This document shows positions 1 to 12,606 of a DNA stretch of 64,000 nucleotides, piece by piece (the first letter of the stretch is position 1; each line of letters begins with the position of its first letter). Below the pieces are notes generated by a model. That model saw only the letters and a program-made list of their open reading frames with translations. It did not search any database and had not been told where the DNA came from. Made by a program: the position numbers and the translations under genes. Source of the stretch: Lepidodermella squamata (taxonomy: Eukaryota; Animalia; Gastrotricha); contig JBLDXI010000029.1 in NCBI GenBank assembly GCA_047495785.1, forward strand, positions 2,914,001 to 2,978,000. The letters are read 5' to 3'.

Positions 1-54
1 TTTCACGCTAATAATCACGAAACAGGACGCGGTGACCACGTAATTACAGCTATA

Positions 55-2688
55 CTACGCTAGATTTCGAAGAATAGCTACGCATACTTCAAATGGCAGC
101 TTAACGAAGATAATTGTGTCATCGCCCATGTTGGACTTCAAGCTGTACCATTCATTGAGGCCAACGACCTTTTTCTGTCCATAAATAGATCGACGGGCGT
201 CATTAGGAACGATTCTGAAGCCCTCAGAGCAAGAATTGCGCAGATTATCGCGACAGAGTATGGTATCATTGATAGCCTTTGAGGATACAGTTTTTGCATA
301 ATCGATATGGTGAGTTGATGGGATCATCAAATAGCCTTCAAAACGCGATGTAATGTCATTGCAAGTCTCATTCCATGAATCCTCTTCGCTTTCCAAATTG
401 TTCACTGCTCGCTCGTCATTTCTTTCGACAGAAGAGATGTTCTGATCCTGGTAAGTTGATTGATTCAAAAGTTTCGAATTGGTAAGATTCAGCTGTAGCT
501 CGAAGCATGTATCCAGTGGTAACTTTATGACAACTGGACGTTTCTCTGAGTCCCGTAACAAACTCTGCCTGAACCGAAACCAATCGGGGAAACTGACGAT
601 TTTCCTTCTTCCAGTAAATCTCCCTCCGATACTTGAAATGAAAAGACCGCTGAGGCAGATATCCTGAAGAGAGTTAGGACAGGACACTTTGTCCGTTGAG
701 TTCAGTGTCTCGAAAGCGAGGCGATGAGACGGCGGAATGATCAAGATTTGTCTTAAACGGGTGACGAAATCAAAACAAGTTAAATTGGGCAAATTCACTT
801 GAACTAATGTGTCGTTGTAGTCAGAAAAATTTGAAGAATTGATTGCCAACGATGTATTTATCGGAAAAGTCTTAGATACTGCGTAATCCTCTTGAATTTT
901 TCCTGTTGAATTCCGAATGTTGTAGTCAGAAAAATTAGAAAAATTGAAAGCCAAAGTTATATTAATCGGTAAGGTCTTAGATACTGTGTAATCCTTCTTA
1001 ACATTTGTCGTTAAATTCCGAATATTCAAAAGCACTGATGTGCTGTTGTAGTCAGAAAAATTCGAAGAATTGAGCACCATCAACGTAGAATTAACTGGAA
1101 AAGGTTTAGATGTTACGTAATCCTCCTTAATATTGTCTGTTAAATTCCCCGTCAAATTCCCATTGGAAACTTCCATGGACTCATTTCTAATGGGATAAGG
1201 GCGTGGGATGGTAACGTTGTGGATGTTACTTCTTGCATTCGTCGTATTTTTCTTTACTGTAGTTGACCAGTTCACGGATTTGGTTGTTACATCCAGTAAG
1301 GTTGGTTCAGTCGGAGAATAGGTCGCGTTAAGTGCCGAAGTTGAGACCTCTCGAATTTTTCTCGCACTCGTACTAGGGCTCGCTGTAGTCGATATTTGGG
1401 GGAACACGTCAATTTTAGTATCATTCGCGCCTTGGAAGCTTGAGGCAAACTCTGAAAAACCGACAGCACCGGCAACGCCGCCAACTCCGCCGAAAATAGC
1501 TGCTCCTATAGCTCCGAATATTGAGGCAAACGCAGAGCTAGCCCCGGCTGCTCCACCTCCGCCGCCGCCGCCGCCGCCGATACCCGGGGAGAGACCTGGA
1601 CTTAACATAGGGTTCATGGATGTTGAGTCAAAAGCTGGATCAACCGGCTCTGAAAATGGGTCTGGAAATTCTACGTCCATCCCTTCATTTGGCAGGGATC
1701 CAAAAGGATCGGAATTAGGGCTGAAGAATGAGCTGAAAGCTCCGACAGTCCCAGCTGCTCCTGCAGCCGAAGCCCCGCCGATACCAAGCCCAGTGATTTC
1801 CCCAATGGATAAGGATGAATTATCCGTGAAAACTGGAGTTGGCGCATTGAATACGTTCACTCCTTTCTTGAGAAGGCCGATATTGGAGGTAGGAATTTCC
1901 GGCACAACTGAGCTACTGAAATCAACAAGTCGGGCCGTATGATTTGCAATGGCAGTTGTAGAAACAGCTGAGGCGTTAAAATCATCAAGCTTGGCCGTTA
2001 GACTTGGATTGACAGTTGTAGAAACATTCTCAACTAAATCACTCAAGACCTTGGCTATGAATGAATCTTTCATCGCTGGGATTTCTTCGTCTTTACGGGC
2101 TTGAATAGATTGTTCGGAAGATTTATTGAAGTTGACTGCCTCCTTAGTAAGATCTTCCCATTCGATAGGAATCTCGTGAAAGTCCAAAGGTGTCGCCTGA
2201 GCTAGTTTCTGAATCATTGCTGAGAAGAGCCTATCAAATGCCAGGGTTGTATTAGAGACGTTCGAATCAGCATTTATCTTAGGTGCTTGAATGGTTGAGT
2301 TTGAAATTGAGTTGGAACTCGAAACATTTCTCGCAAAATCTGATTCGAAATGTTTCTTGAAGAAAGAGTTCAAGCTAGATGCATTTGAGGAAAGCAGCGA
2401 TGCAGAAATTGGCACCGAAGCATTCGAATCCTCCGTTTGGTCCCGAATTGATGCCGAACCTGGTTTGAGCGTTAAAATCAGAGAAATAAGCAGAACAAGC
2501 AGTAATAACCCGACAGCGAGACTAATTGCTATAATATGGCAGTGTTTCTTCTTCAGGCGATGCATTGAGGTTAGCGGTGTGGTCGAATTCACAGCTTCGA
2601 ACATCCGATAATCCCGCCATGCTACGTCAATTGTTGCCGGCTCGTTCCCAACAGGATGGACTTTCCACGTTTTACATAGAAATTTCAT
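55..2688 (-). CDS. Intronless mucin-like type II membrane glycoprotein with internal ~33-aa repeats and two tandem C-terminal 4-Cys domains
   Basis: 877-aa ORF. Basic KKKH followed by TM segment IIAISLAVGLLLLVLLISLILTL; S/T/N-rich stalk with many NxS/T sequons; three repeats of type N(L/S)TxxxxxDYxxSKxxPxNxxLxxNxSNFSDYN; duplicated C-terminal domain. Confidence 0.75.
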   Translation of the reverse strand: MKFLCKTWKVHPVGNEPATIDVAWRDYRMFEAVNSTTPLTSMHRLKKKHCHIIAISLAVGLLLLVLLISLILTLKPGSASIRDQTEDSNASVPISASLLSSNASSLNSFFKKHFESDFARNVSSSNSISNSTIQAPKINADSNVSNTTLAFDRLFSAMIQKLAQATPLDFHEIPIEWEDLTKEAVNFNKSSEQSIQARKDEEIPAMKDSFIAKVLSDLVENVSTTVNPSLTAKLDDFNASAVSTTAIANHTARLVDFSSSVVPEIPTSNIGLLKKGVNVFNAPTPVFTDNSSLSIGEITGLGIGGASAAGAAGTVGAFSSFFSPNSDPFGSLPNEGMDVEFPDPFSEPVDPAFDSTSMNPMLSPGLSPGIGGGGGGGGGAAGASSAFASIFGAIGAAIFGGVGGVAGAVGFSEFASSFQGANDTKIDVFPQISTTASPSTSARKIREVSTSALNATYSPTEPTLLDVTTKSVNWSTTVKKNTTNARSNIHNVTIPRPYPIRNESMEVSNGNLTGNLTDNIKEDYVTSKPFPVNSTLMVLNSSNFSDYNSTSVLLNIRNLTTNVKKDYTVSKTLPINITLAFNFSNFSDYNIRNSTGKIQEDYAVSKTFPINTSLAINSSNFSDYNDTLVQVNLPNLTCFDFVTRLRQILIIPPSHRLAFETLNSTDKVSCPNSLQDICLSGLFISSIGGRFTGRRKIVSFPDWFRFRQSLLRDSEKRPVVIKLPLDTCFELQLNLTNSKLLNQSTYQDQNISSVERNDERAVNNLESEEDSWNETCNDITSRFEGYLMIPSTHHIDYAKTVSSKAINDTILCRDNLRNSCSEGFRIVPNDARRSIYGQKKVVGLNEWYSLKSNMGDDTIIFVKLPFEVCVAILRNLA

Positions 2689-3119
2689 GTTTTTCGAGGT
2701 AGAACTAACAAATTTTCACTCTGCTGACCGCAGTTACATTCTTGAATCGATCATAAGTGCGAAGATTTTTTCCGTGTTCAAGTGCAGCTCGAAAAAAACG
2801 TTTGAAGATCGAATGACATGAAAGGGTATTGAATAACACACATGTTGATCGATACAATTTTTTTCTAGCTACAACTGACCATCAAAAATCGTTATGAATC
2901 ATCAGCGGCTTCTTTAGAGCGGAAATGCACCGGGAAGCCATTTTGCGACGCGTCGCCATAGCAACGCGCGCGACAACAGATAACATCAGGCCAATTTAGA
3001 TAAGGAACTCTATGCTTGTATGCGACGAGATAAGCCTATGCTCTAGCATAAATGGACACGTGAACGCCCATTTTTTCCAGTTCCATGCTAGGTATATAGA
3101 CTATAGTCATTATTTAGAT

Positions 3120-4240
3120 ATGCCTTCGGATCCAGAATCGTACGACTTGATCCGCGGCTGTTCGGAAATCGACGACCGAAACAAGCAGTTGATTTACACA
3201 ATTTTGAAAAGTAATTAAAAAATCTACCTTAATTACCCTTATTTTTTGTATTTTTTTTAGAAAAAGGCTGGTCGGCTGGAGATTTGTTGACAAAACCTCT
3301 CGATGTGATTGCCCCAGCTTTTACAACTGCGGAAGTTTTGACGCAAATCATAACATGGCGTAAGGTTGAAATGTGGAAAATCGAGAAGTTACCCAACGAG
3401 TCAACGCTATTCCACGCGGCGGCGAAAACTGGCAATTTAATCGCAGCTCGTGATATTTTAACGCGATACGACCTGCCAGCGCCAACATGCCGTGCCTACC
3501 TAGCAAACCATGCAGATCGATCAAACAACAACAGAACACCACTTTTCGACGCCTCGATCAATGGACACCCTGGGATGGTTCGGTTGTTGGTTGATGAACT
3601 GAACGCGAATGTCAAACATATTGATGCGACCAATTCTTTAGCAGTCCATCTGGCTGCAGATAACGGGCGGCTACATTGCGTGATGTTTCTGACTGAAAAA
3701 TACCCGGATTTGCTGATGTATGCGGATAAGGACAACAATACGCCTTTGACACGATCTGCGTCCCACGGCCAAATTGCTGTCGTTGAGTATTTGGTGTCGA
3801 AACGGGCCTATCTTGAGTCTTACGACGTTAAGGGCCGAACTCCGTTGCTTCAATCAGCCGCGAATGGTCATTTGAATGTTGTGAAGTTTTTAGTCTCAAA
3901 AGGGGCTGATATCTACGCACAGGAGTTCACGAAAGGCAATATGGCTGTTCATTTAGCTGCCGAGGAGGGCCATCCTGGGGTTGTAGCTTTCCTTCTCGAG
4001 AGCAATCCTGAATTTAGAAAGTCCGAGAACAAGGACGGGAAAACTCCGCTGGATTTGGCGAGGGAGCGCAATCAAGAGGATGTAGTTCGAGTTCTTGAGA
4101 CGGAAAGTTCAGGCCCTGTTTACGACTCTTCAGCGATGCATACGTCACTTCCATTGCTATCGCCGCGACTTATCGAAGAACAGCCGATTGTATCTGTTCC
4201 AGTTGCGCCGAGCATTGCGTCGTACTCTAGCGACTTTTGA
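3120..4240 (+). CDS. Ankyrin-repeat protein with N-terminal SAM-like helical domain (2 exons: 3120-3210, 3261-4240)
   Basis: ATG at 3120 and a GT-AG intron 3211-3260 join in frame to the 3284 ORF. About 6-7 ankyrin repeats (RTPLFDASINGH, AVHLAADNG, TPLTRSASHG, TPLLQSAANGH, AVHLAAEEGH, KTPLDLA). Confidence 0.88.
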
Positions 4241-4923
4241 AGCCAATCAAACTTCTTAGATTTTGCTTACGATTAATTCCAATTGATTATGTCTATTACG
4301 ATTGTTTTTGATTGATTTTATTGTAAAAATGAACCTGGCAAGACGCAATTATCCGGATGTTGGGTTGTTAAGACCAGGGCACGTGCTGAATTAGGCTTAG
4401 TCTTACGGAATTATAACAGGAGCACCAACATAGAAATCATCTGTAACCTCGTTTCCATCCACACGAAGACGAACATTTTCACTGATTCATAAAGGCACAG
4501 AAAATATTCTTTAAAGTGATCTTTCTCTACTATTTAGATCAAGGCTTTTTTGGAACAAAGTAGTTTGCAAGAATTTGGATTTGTCCGCTAACAAGAGAAA
4601 AGTGGGGCTTGGCAAAATGTCCGTCTTTTTGAGATTGTTATATCAAGAATCAAGATCTTTGAACCGGATAGCCATCAGGGGTGGCCGAAAAATTGGTTTC
4701 AAGGAAAAAGGCAAATATTTAGCAAACTGCACGCTTAATAGTTGCCGGTTATTTTCCGGCAAAAATGTCATCAGCGGTTTGTCATCTGGCAAACCGTTGA
4801 AAAAAATACTAAAATTAGTTTAACCTTGTTCATAATTAGCTTAAATTCCTCGATATAAAAATTATCAAGTAAACATTTTGGAACCGTAAAAACAGCTTTA
4901 CAGCTCTATCCAGCAAGATCGAA

Positions 4924-7217
4924 ATGACCAGCATTCTTTTCGGATTTTTGCTGTTTTTCTTTATCGGAATCAACGGCGCACCCGAGGTGGATGTGCCTCT
5001 ACCAGCGCCGAAACCACGGCCAGCAGCTTGCCGAGGCAATGTTGACGGCAAAGCGTCCGACCACGATGTCAATATGAAATATTTCCAACCCTACAACAAA
5101 TGGGAACGGCCCAGATTGAATTCGAGCGAAACTGTTGTTGTAAAGCTCACTTTCGTCCTTTCTCAGGTCAACGATGTCGTAAGCGTACAATGTTAATGTG
5201 AAATTCCTTGTAGTAACTCATGGGTTAAACCCCAGGTTGAACGAGACAGAGGGATGAAGATTTCTGGATACATCGGGGTGGTGAGATTTTGATTCAAGTA
5301 TGTGCTTCTTCAAATGTTTACTGGAAATTCTGAAGAGATGGATGGATGAGTTTCGAGTATGGGAAAACGACTATCCTTACAATTGCGTTGATTACGTTGG
5401 TGAGCATTCGGTTCTTCCATGGTTCTTCCTAAATTGTAAGCATTAACCGTAATTTTCCATATTTAGTTCTACCAGCAGAAGACATTTGGGTACCAGATGT
5501 CGCTCAAGTGAGTTCGAAATCAATGATACTGAATGTCTAAAATCACACAGAATATATTTCCCACAGAAAGTTAATGATTTAATCATCAAATCATCAAAAT
5601 GAGATCAGATTTACATTTTCAGATTTTGTTGCTGGCTGTGAGCAAATTGCGTTTCACTTTATTTTTGCCTTTTACAGATGAATTCAGAGGGGCGATATCA
5701 ATTAATGCGGATGGACGGCGAAAAGGTCCGCGTCTATTCCAACGGACAGGCCTATTTTAGCCCGGGCGGAACTTTTGCTATCTTTTGCGACTACGATCTA
5801 ACTATGTAAATTTAAATTTTATAGAGCAAAAGTTATAATGTATTTCTGCAATTTATAGGTTCCCCTTTGATACGCAAACTTGCGCCCTGAAGTTGGAAAG
5901 GTGGGACACTAATTTTTGAAACTTATTTTCTACATTTTAATCCGATTCATTTAGCTGGCGATATACGAGGGATTACATGACGTTTCAATTTGCAAACAAT
6001 TTCACGTTAAAATATTTTACTGTTAACGAACAATGGGATCTCGTAGCCACGGCACAAGCAATACGCGACTATTCCTATTTAGAACCATGGAACTCGTTCG
6101 ATCACGTTGAATTCTACATTACTATAAAACGGAAAGTGATGTATTACATGTAAGAAAATCTAAGTTATTATTGAACCAACAATTAGTCATTTTGTTAAGG
6201 ATGAATGTTATCATTCCGAGTATGCTGATTGCCTTAGCACACATGGCCGCGTTCACGTTGCCAATCGGTGATATTGAGAAAGTTCAGATTTCCTTCACCT
6301 GTCTGCTGGCTTATTCGGTGTTTCAAGTCATGGTTATTGGAGATATGCCGAAATCCAGCGATCACATTCCCCTCCTGTCCATATACATCGATCTACAGAT
6401 GGGATACATTGCGTTCTCTATGGTTAGTTATAATTGTCTTACATCGTGCTGAACCAGTTACCATCGGGTTTTTACGGGATTTCTCTGGTTAATTTGTATT
6501 TTTTCGGTAAAATCGCGAATAAAGGATGGAATTGTATCTCTCAAGCACAATTTTTCAAAAACATTTCCCTCACAAAGTTTGAAAAACAGACAATGGTTGC
6601 GCAACTTGTATTTTGAGATATTTACTAATATTTTTTATCAGCTTGGTGAGGGAATGGCCTTCTTCGCTATGGAAAACATTGACGAACGAGGCATAAATGA
6701 GCACCACAAGCGCCAAATCCCACCCTGGATTATGAGAATCATCGAATTCGTCGCTAAGCTGCTTCTCATCGGACACCACCCGCCAACTCACGAACCGGAT
6801 GATAGTGATGACGAGAGCGATGACGAGCGTCATAGCTATAAAGAGCCACCAAGCCAAGACGTCGCAGATTATTCGACCGGCATCAAGTACTATTCGATTT
6901 TTGGTGAATGCCCTGATAAACATTTGAATGGAGTCAAAGTCGAGCCTCATACAACTAAGCGACAAAGTCGAATGGAGACAAGAAACAAGAAAGCGAGGAA
7001 GAATCAAAGCAATTTCCTAAGCCGGAGTCAGGCGGAACATACGGATTTTCTGGACACCCCGGAACCCCTGGATCTGAGGCAATTGAGATGGCAATTCACT
7101 GCGTTGGTCATCGAGAGACTTATTGCGGTTATTTACGGCATTTTAGTCGTCATAACGCCAACTTGCATGTTCGTCATTTACCCAGCTTTAAACCCATACA
7201 AAAATCCGTTCTTCTAA
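4924..7217 (+). CDS. Cys-loop ligand-gated ion channel subunit (nAChR-like, non-alpha, predicted cation-selective), copy 1, multi-exon
   Basis: Manual splicing gives a signal peptide, WMDEFRVW, IWVPD, Cys-loop CDYDLTMFPFDTQTC, loop B ESWRY, M1 NVIIPS, (D)IEK before M2, and M4 WQFTALVIERL. Confidence 0.92.
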
Positions 7218-7401
7218 TAACCATTCCCTATTGATTTGAGCTTGGAGTTTTTCAAGTTGTTGAACTATATGTTTGAGAATCTCTCGAACCTTTTCACAAC
7301 AATTAAAGTGCTGTTTTCTAGCTCTTGAACTCAAATCGTTATTTATCATTCAGAAATTTCAAAGAAATTTGTGTTGTTGTCTTCATTGTGTTGTTTCTCC
7401 G

Positions 7402-7580
7402 ATGCTGAAAATATGCAAAAAAACACAAATATTTGCCGTCATGTTCAATTCTGCATCCTCTTGCAACATTTCTCGTGAAAATACGACAATATAATTGCTT
7501 GAATATCCTTCATCATGTACCTATAAAAGAAAGACTCGATCTCGGAAAATCAATGCAGATTCGTATGTCGCTGAAGTTGT
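7402..7580 (+). pseudogene. Decayed 5' remnant of the glycosyltransferase-like gene at 12607
   Basis: atgctgaaaatatgcaaaaa and ttgcttgaatatccttca match 12607-12735, at the same position downstream of a channel gene; frame disrupted. Confidence 0.7.
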
Positions 7581-8487
7581 GAAACGCAATTGCATAATGT
7601 ATCTCAGGATGGCTATAGATTTTCCTTGGCTATAATTTCTCGATCAAAGACTATTAGATGTTATGTGCCCATGTTGTTCTATACAAATCTCCACCTATCC
7701 AAAGCTTAGTATAGTTCCAATCGTTTTACCACTCTCTATATTAATAAGCTCCGCGATATTTGCGTTTCTGGCAAGCTGCACGATTGGATTTGAGCTTTTC
7801 TGCCTTGTCATTATTTTAGAACATTGTTCTATTGATTTAATAAAAAATTCGAAGCGAAGTTATTTGCTAAAGATGCTAAATTATTACCTTGTCATTCGAC
7901 GTCTGATCGACTGCACCGAACTCCAGCAAGATCTGGGTGAAATCATGTTTTTGATTCACAGCATGGCCTGTCTGCTAATTTAAAGAAGTGTGGTATTGCT
8001 TGGTATTAACATTTATTCTCTCAATTTTTAGATTATAAATAAATAAAGAAGTAGAAATGACCGTGCTTTAGGCAGTTTGATATAATTTGTTCTGGGTTCA
8101 ACAGTATAACAATGCTCACCCTACAGAACAATGCTTCTCAACCCGACGAATCTACAGAATCTCTTTCAACCCGCATATTTACGCTTTTTTACGCTATTTT
8201 TCATGTCGCTGAAACTTGAAAGCCTGGGTTACTGAACGAGTCGGTATTTGCAGCATTGGTATCTATTCCGGACACGCCTCATGGAAAGGAATCCTATCCG
8301 TTCCATATGAGTGCCAGGCTAATCAACCTTCAAAATCCTTCAAAAAAAATACGAATTTTATGCAGATCGATGATCAGAATCCGTGCGATGTAAGGCAAAT
8401 AATCTTGAATCTTGATAGCAGTTAAAGGTCGTAAATCGTAAATCATCACGGCGGCGAAGTTCATTCAGCTCCTGAGGAGGGCCATTC

Positions 8488-9295
8488 CGGAGCAATCCTG
8501 AGTTCAGAAAAACAGAGAAAAAGGACGGGAAAACTCCGTTGGATTTAGCCAGGAAGCGCAATCAAGAGGATGTGGTTCGCGCGTTTGAGACGGAAACTGC
8601 CATTCTTTTTTACGATTCTTCAGTGATTCATTCGATACTTCCATTACTGTCGCCATGACTTATAGAAGAACAGCCGCCCAGACCGGCATTTGCACTGCAG
8701 AACAACGCCGAACACAGGGGCAGGGGTTGAAAATGTCTGTTGAACAAAGGGGTGAAATCAAATTGTACTGAATTGTTCGGGCTTTTATGCAAATTTGTTT
8801 GTCCTTGTTAGGAGGTTTCGAACACTGACTTCAAGAGAGTTGATGGCTTAGTGGTGAGAGAGGCTGGGTAAGGAGTGTGAGAACGATGGTTCAACTCCCA
8901 CAGACTTCGCAAATTTATATTTTTTTGGCTGTAATTATTTTCCTTGAAGAATTCCGAACAAGGACGAACAAAAGCCCGAAAAAGTCAGTACAATTCGATT
9001 TCACCCTTTGTTCGGCAGACATTTTCAACCCCTGTGTTCGGCGTTGTTCTGCAGTGCAAATGCCGGTCTGGGCGATTGTATCTTTTCCTGTTGCGCCGAG
9101 CATTGCGTCATACCCAAGCTATTTTTGAGGCTAATCAGACTTCGCTAAGAAAAGATTTCGCTTACGCCTAATTTCAATTGATTATTTCTATTACGATTTT
9201 CTTTTGATCGATTTTATTCGAATAAATGAATGGCGAGACGTAATTATCCGATTTTCCGGATGTTGGGTTGTTCAGACTCAAGGCCGCGCGGAATA
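8488..9295 (+). pseudogene. 3' remnant of the ankyrin gene at 3120-4240 plus its 3' UTR, interrupted by a MITE
   Basis: gagcaatcctga..aaggacgggaaaactccg..gttgcgccgagcattgcgtc aligns with ~3999-4390; in-frame stop (ccatga at ~8653-8658). Confidence 0.85.
8677..9072. mobile_element. Non-autonomous TIR element (CMC/EnSpm-like MITE), CCCAG...CTGGG ends, 2-bp CG target duplication
   Basis: ~100-bp imperfect TIRs (cccagaccggcatttgcactgcagaacaacgccgaacacagggg and its reverse complement). The empty site in the paralog at ~4181 reads cagccgattg, giving a CG duplication at 8675-8676 and 9073-9074. Confidence 0.85.
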
Positions 9296-10348
9296 GGACG
9301 TATATTCTAGAGGCCGTCCCAGGCAATGTAATACTTTCAGCAGCTGACGTTCGTTGCCATGCTCTAATCCTTGTGTGAGCGCATTATTCAAGACTAGGCC
9401 GAAAATGTGCAGCAAGACTAGGGACTTCAACTGTCCAGTGTAGCGTAGACATTTAGGTCTTAAAATTAGCTTGATTTAATAGCTAGAAAACCGATACAGT
9501 GAATACCACTTATAGTGAATTTTCGCTATAGTGGACGGAATCACTGGCGCGTGGTGCAAAACAGGCTTACTATTGGGAAAGACATGGATTCAGATTTTCT
9601 ATAACACTCAGCCTGAAAGCTACCTGTTCCATCGTAATCAGTCAAATTCTGCTTCATTCGGAAACACAGATGACTGTTAACAAGTGAAAAGTGGGATTTG
9701 TCTACATCGTGAGAAATCCAGAAAAACAAGGAATCCAAACCCCTCTTCAAGTCAATACACTTTTTGCCATTTGCTGGAAATTACAGAAAATACGCCAGAC
9801 CCAACTTTCCCTTGTTAACGGTCAGATGAATCTTCGCTACACATTCCCGTACTTGAAGGCTTAACCGGGCTTATTTAGCTCGTAACACAAAATTGGGACA
9901 CGCCTTAAGAATGGGGGCTTATCCGTTGTTGATGAATGCTAAGGCCAACCTTACAAATCATAAATTATTCAGGTTAATTTTTTGAGAATCTCGAATGCCT
10001 GCGGACGATGTCATTTACAGTAAATAGCCAGAAATCTTAATATAGCGGTCGAAAAATCGCACTCCGCGAGCGGCGATGTCTGATCTTCAACTGCGACATG
10101 CATTTCTGCCCGCTGGAAGTAGATGTGTCGCACAAGCACACACTTGATAAGCAAATACGTCGCGATCAATAGATGATCGCATGTCATTAGATTGCCCCCT
10201 ATTAGTATATACAACAGTGTTGTTTCTAGTCTGCCCCGGGGTGATGCTTCGATTTATTGACGCAATAAAATTAGTCTCAATAAAAAACCGTTTTCTAGAC
10301 TGTAAAAAATAACAGTTTTCCAGCTCTAAATATTCTGCGCAATCCAAA

Positions 10349-12436
10349 ATGATCAGCAACTATGTCGGATTTTCCCTTTTGATATTTTGCTCCAATGGAA
10401 TCAATGGAGCTGCTGAGGTGAATGTGCCTCTACCAGCGCCGAAACCACGACCACCAGCTTGCCGAGGCAATGTTGATGGCAAAGCGTCGGATCACGATGT
10501 CAATATGAAGTATTTCCAGCCTTACAATAGATGGGAACGTCCGAAATTAAATTCCAGCGAAACTGTAGTCGTAAAGCTCACTTTCGTCCTTTCTCAGGTC
10601 AACGATGTCGTAAGTCACTATACTCATTCAGAGCGCTGATTTTCATGGAGTAAACAGGTCGAGCGAGATAGAGTTATGAAGATTTCTGGTTACATTGGCG
10701 TGGTAAGATCCAGACTTCCCTGCATACTTTTGAAACATTTCTTGCGAATTTCGAAGAGATGGATGGATGAGTTTCGAGTGTGGGTCAATGACTATCCTTA
10801 CAACTGCGTTGATTACGTTGGTGAGTCATCATTTGCTCGTAAATTCGACGCTTCAGCCTCCATTTTATACGTGCAGTTTTACCAGCGGAAGAAATTTGGG
10901 TACCAGATGTTGCTCAGGTAAGTTCGGATTTTCTATCAGCCGGAATACATTATATTTTCTGTTTTTAATAGATGAATTCAGAGGGGCGATATCAATTAAT
11001 GCGGATGGAGGGTGAGAAAGTTCGTGTTTATTCCAACGGACAGGCCTACTTTAGCCCGGGCGGAACTTTCGCTATCTACTGCGACTACGATCTAACCATG
11101 TAAACTTAAAATTGGAGCAATGATTATGAATTCCCCGGTAATTTATAGGTTCCCCTTCGACACTCAAACCTGCGCTCTGAAGTTGGAAAGGTGAGACGTA
11201 TGTTGGAATGTATTTGCAACATCTTAATCCGATTTATAGTTGGCGATATACGAGGGAATACATGACGTTTCAATTTGCAAACAATGTAACGTTGAAGTAT
11301 TTTACTGTTAACGAACAATGGGATTTGGTGGCCACGTCACAAGCCAAACAGGACTATTCCTACCTGGAACCATGGAACTCGTTCGATCACGTTGAATTCT
11401 ACATTACTATTAGACGTAAAGTCATGTATTACATGTAAGTAAATCAGGAAAATACTACCAAATCATTTAATTTTTGAAATTTTGAAGGATGAATGTCATT
11501 ATACCGAGTTTGCTGATTGCCTTGGCACATATGGCCGCGTTCACGTTGCCGCTCGGCGATATTGAAAAAGTTCAGATTTCCTTCACTTGTTTACTGGCTT
11601 ATTCGGTATTTCAAGTCATGGTTATCGGAGATATGCCGAAATCTAGCGATCACATTCCTCTCCTGTCCATATACATCGACTTACAAATGGGATACATTGC
11701 CTTCTCTATGGTTAGTTGAAAGCTCAAAATTACAAGAACATTTTCGTTTCCTAACCCCAATCCTACTAACCTTAGGAACTAACCCTAACCCCAATCCTAA
11801 CCATAACCTTTATTTGTTAAAAAATGTTAATAAATATTCATTTGTTTCTAGCTTGGTGAAGGAATTGCATTCTTTGCCATGGAAAACATAGACGAACGAG
11901 GCATAAATGAGCACCACAAGCGTCAAATCCCACCCTGGATGATGCGAACCATCGAATTCGTCGCTAAGCTGCTTCTTATTGAACACCGCCCACCAGATCA
12001 CGAACCGGATGATAGCGATGACGATAGCGATGACGAGCGTCAGAATCATCATCATCATAAGCCACTAAGCCAAGATTACACCGCAGATTATTCCAAAGAA
12101 ATTAAATACAATTCGCTGTTCGATAAATACGCTGATGAACATTTGGATGGCGTCAAAGTCGAGCCTCATAAACCTAAGCGCCAAAGTCGAATGGGGACAA
12201 GAAACAAAAAAGCGAGGAAGAGTCAAAGCAATTTTCTTGGCCGGAGTCAGACGGAGCATACCGACTTCCTGGACACCCCGAAACCTCTGGATCTGAGGCA
12301 ATTGAGGTGGCAATTTACGGCTTTGGTCATCGAGCGACTTATTGCGGTTATTTACGGCATTTTAGTCGTCTTAACTCCAATTTGCATGTTCGGCATTTAC
12401 CCAGCTTTGAAGCCGTACAAAAATCCGTTCTTTTAA
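10349..12436 (+). CDS. Cys-loop ligand-gated ion channel subunit, copy 2 (tandem paralog)
   Basis: Same exon structure and near-identical TM segments as copy 1; Cys-loop CDYDLTMFPFDTQTC; ends PYKNPFF. Confidence 0.92.
11750..11810. repeat. Degenerate (CCCTAA)n-like intronic repeat
   Basis: cctaaccccaatcctactaacc..ctaaccctaaccccaatcctaaccataacc. Confidence 0.6.
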
Positions 12437-12606
12437 ATAATACTTTTTCGTCTTTTCGTGCCTCACAGTAACCGTGAATTTTTGCCTTTTACATCAATGA
12501 AAGCGCCTTTTCATATAATTCATAAGAAATTTATGAAGTTGTATTGATGAAGTTCTTTGAGAATATGCTAATAGAAACCATAACACATCATTGAAGTTTT
12601 TTTCCA

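Noticed and set aside
1616-2611. Plus-strand ORFs antisense to the mucin-like gene, and similar short antisense ORFs throughout the track
   Set aside because: They are shadows of the real coding strand with no independent evidence.
8675-9074. A CpG-specific transposon family
   Set aside because: The related CCCAG element at 29050 has a GT duplication, so the 2-bp TSD appears non-specific.
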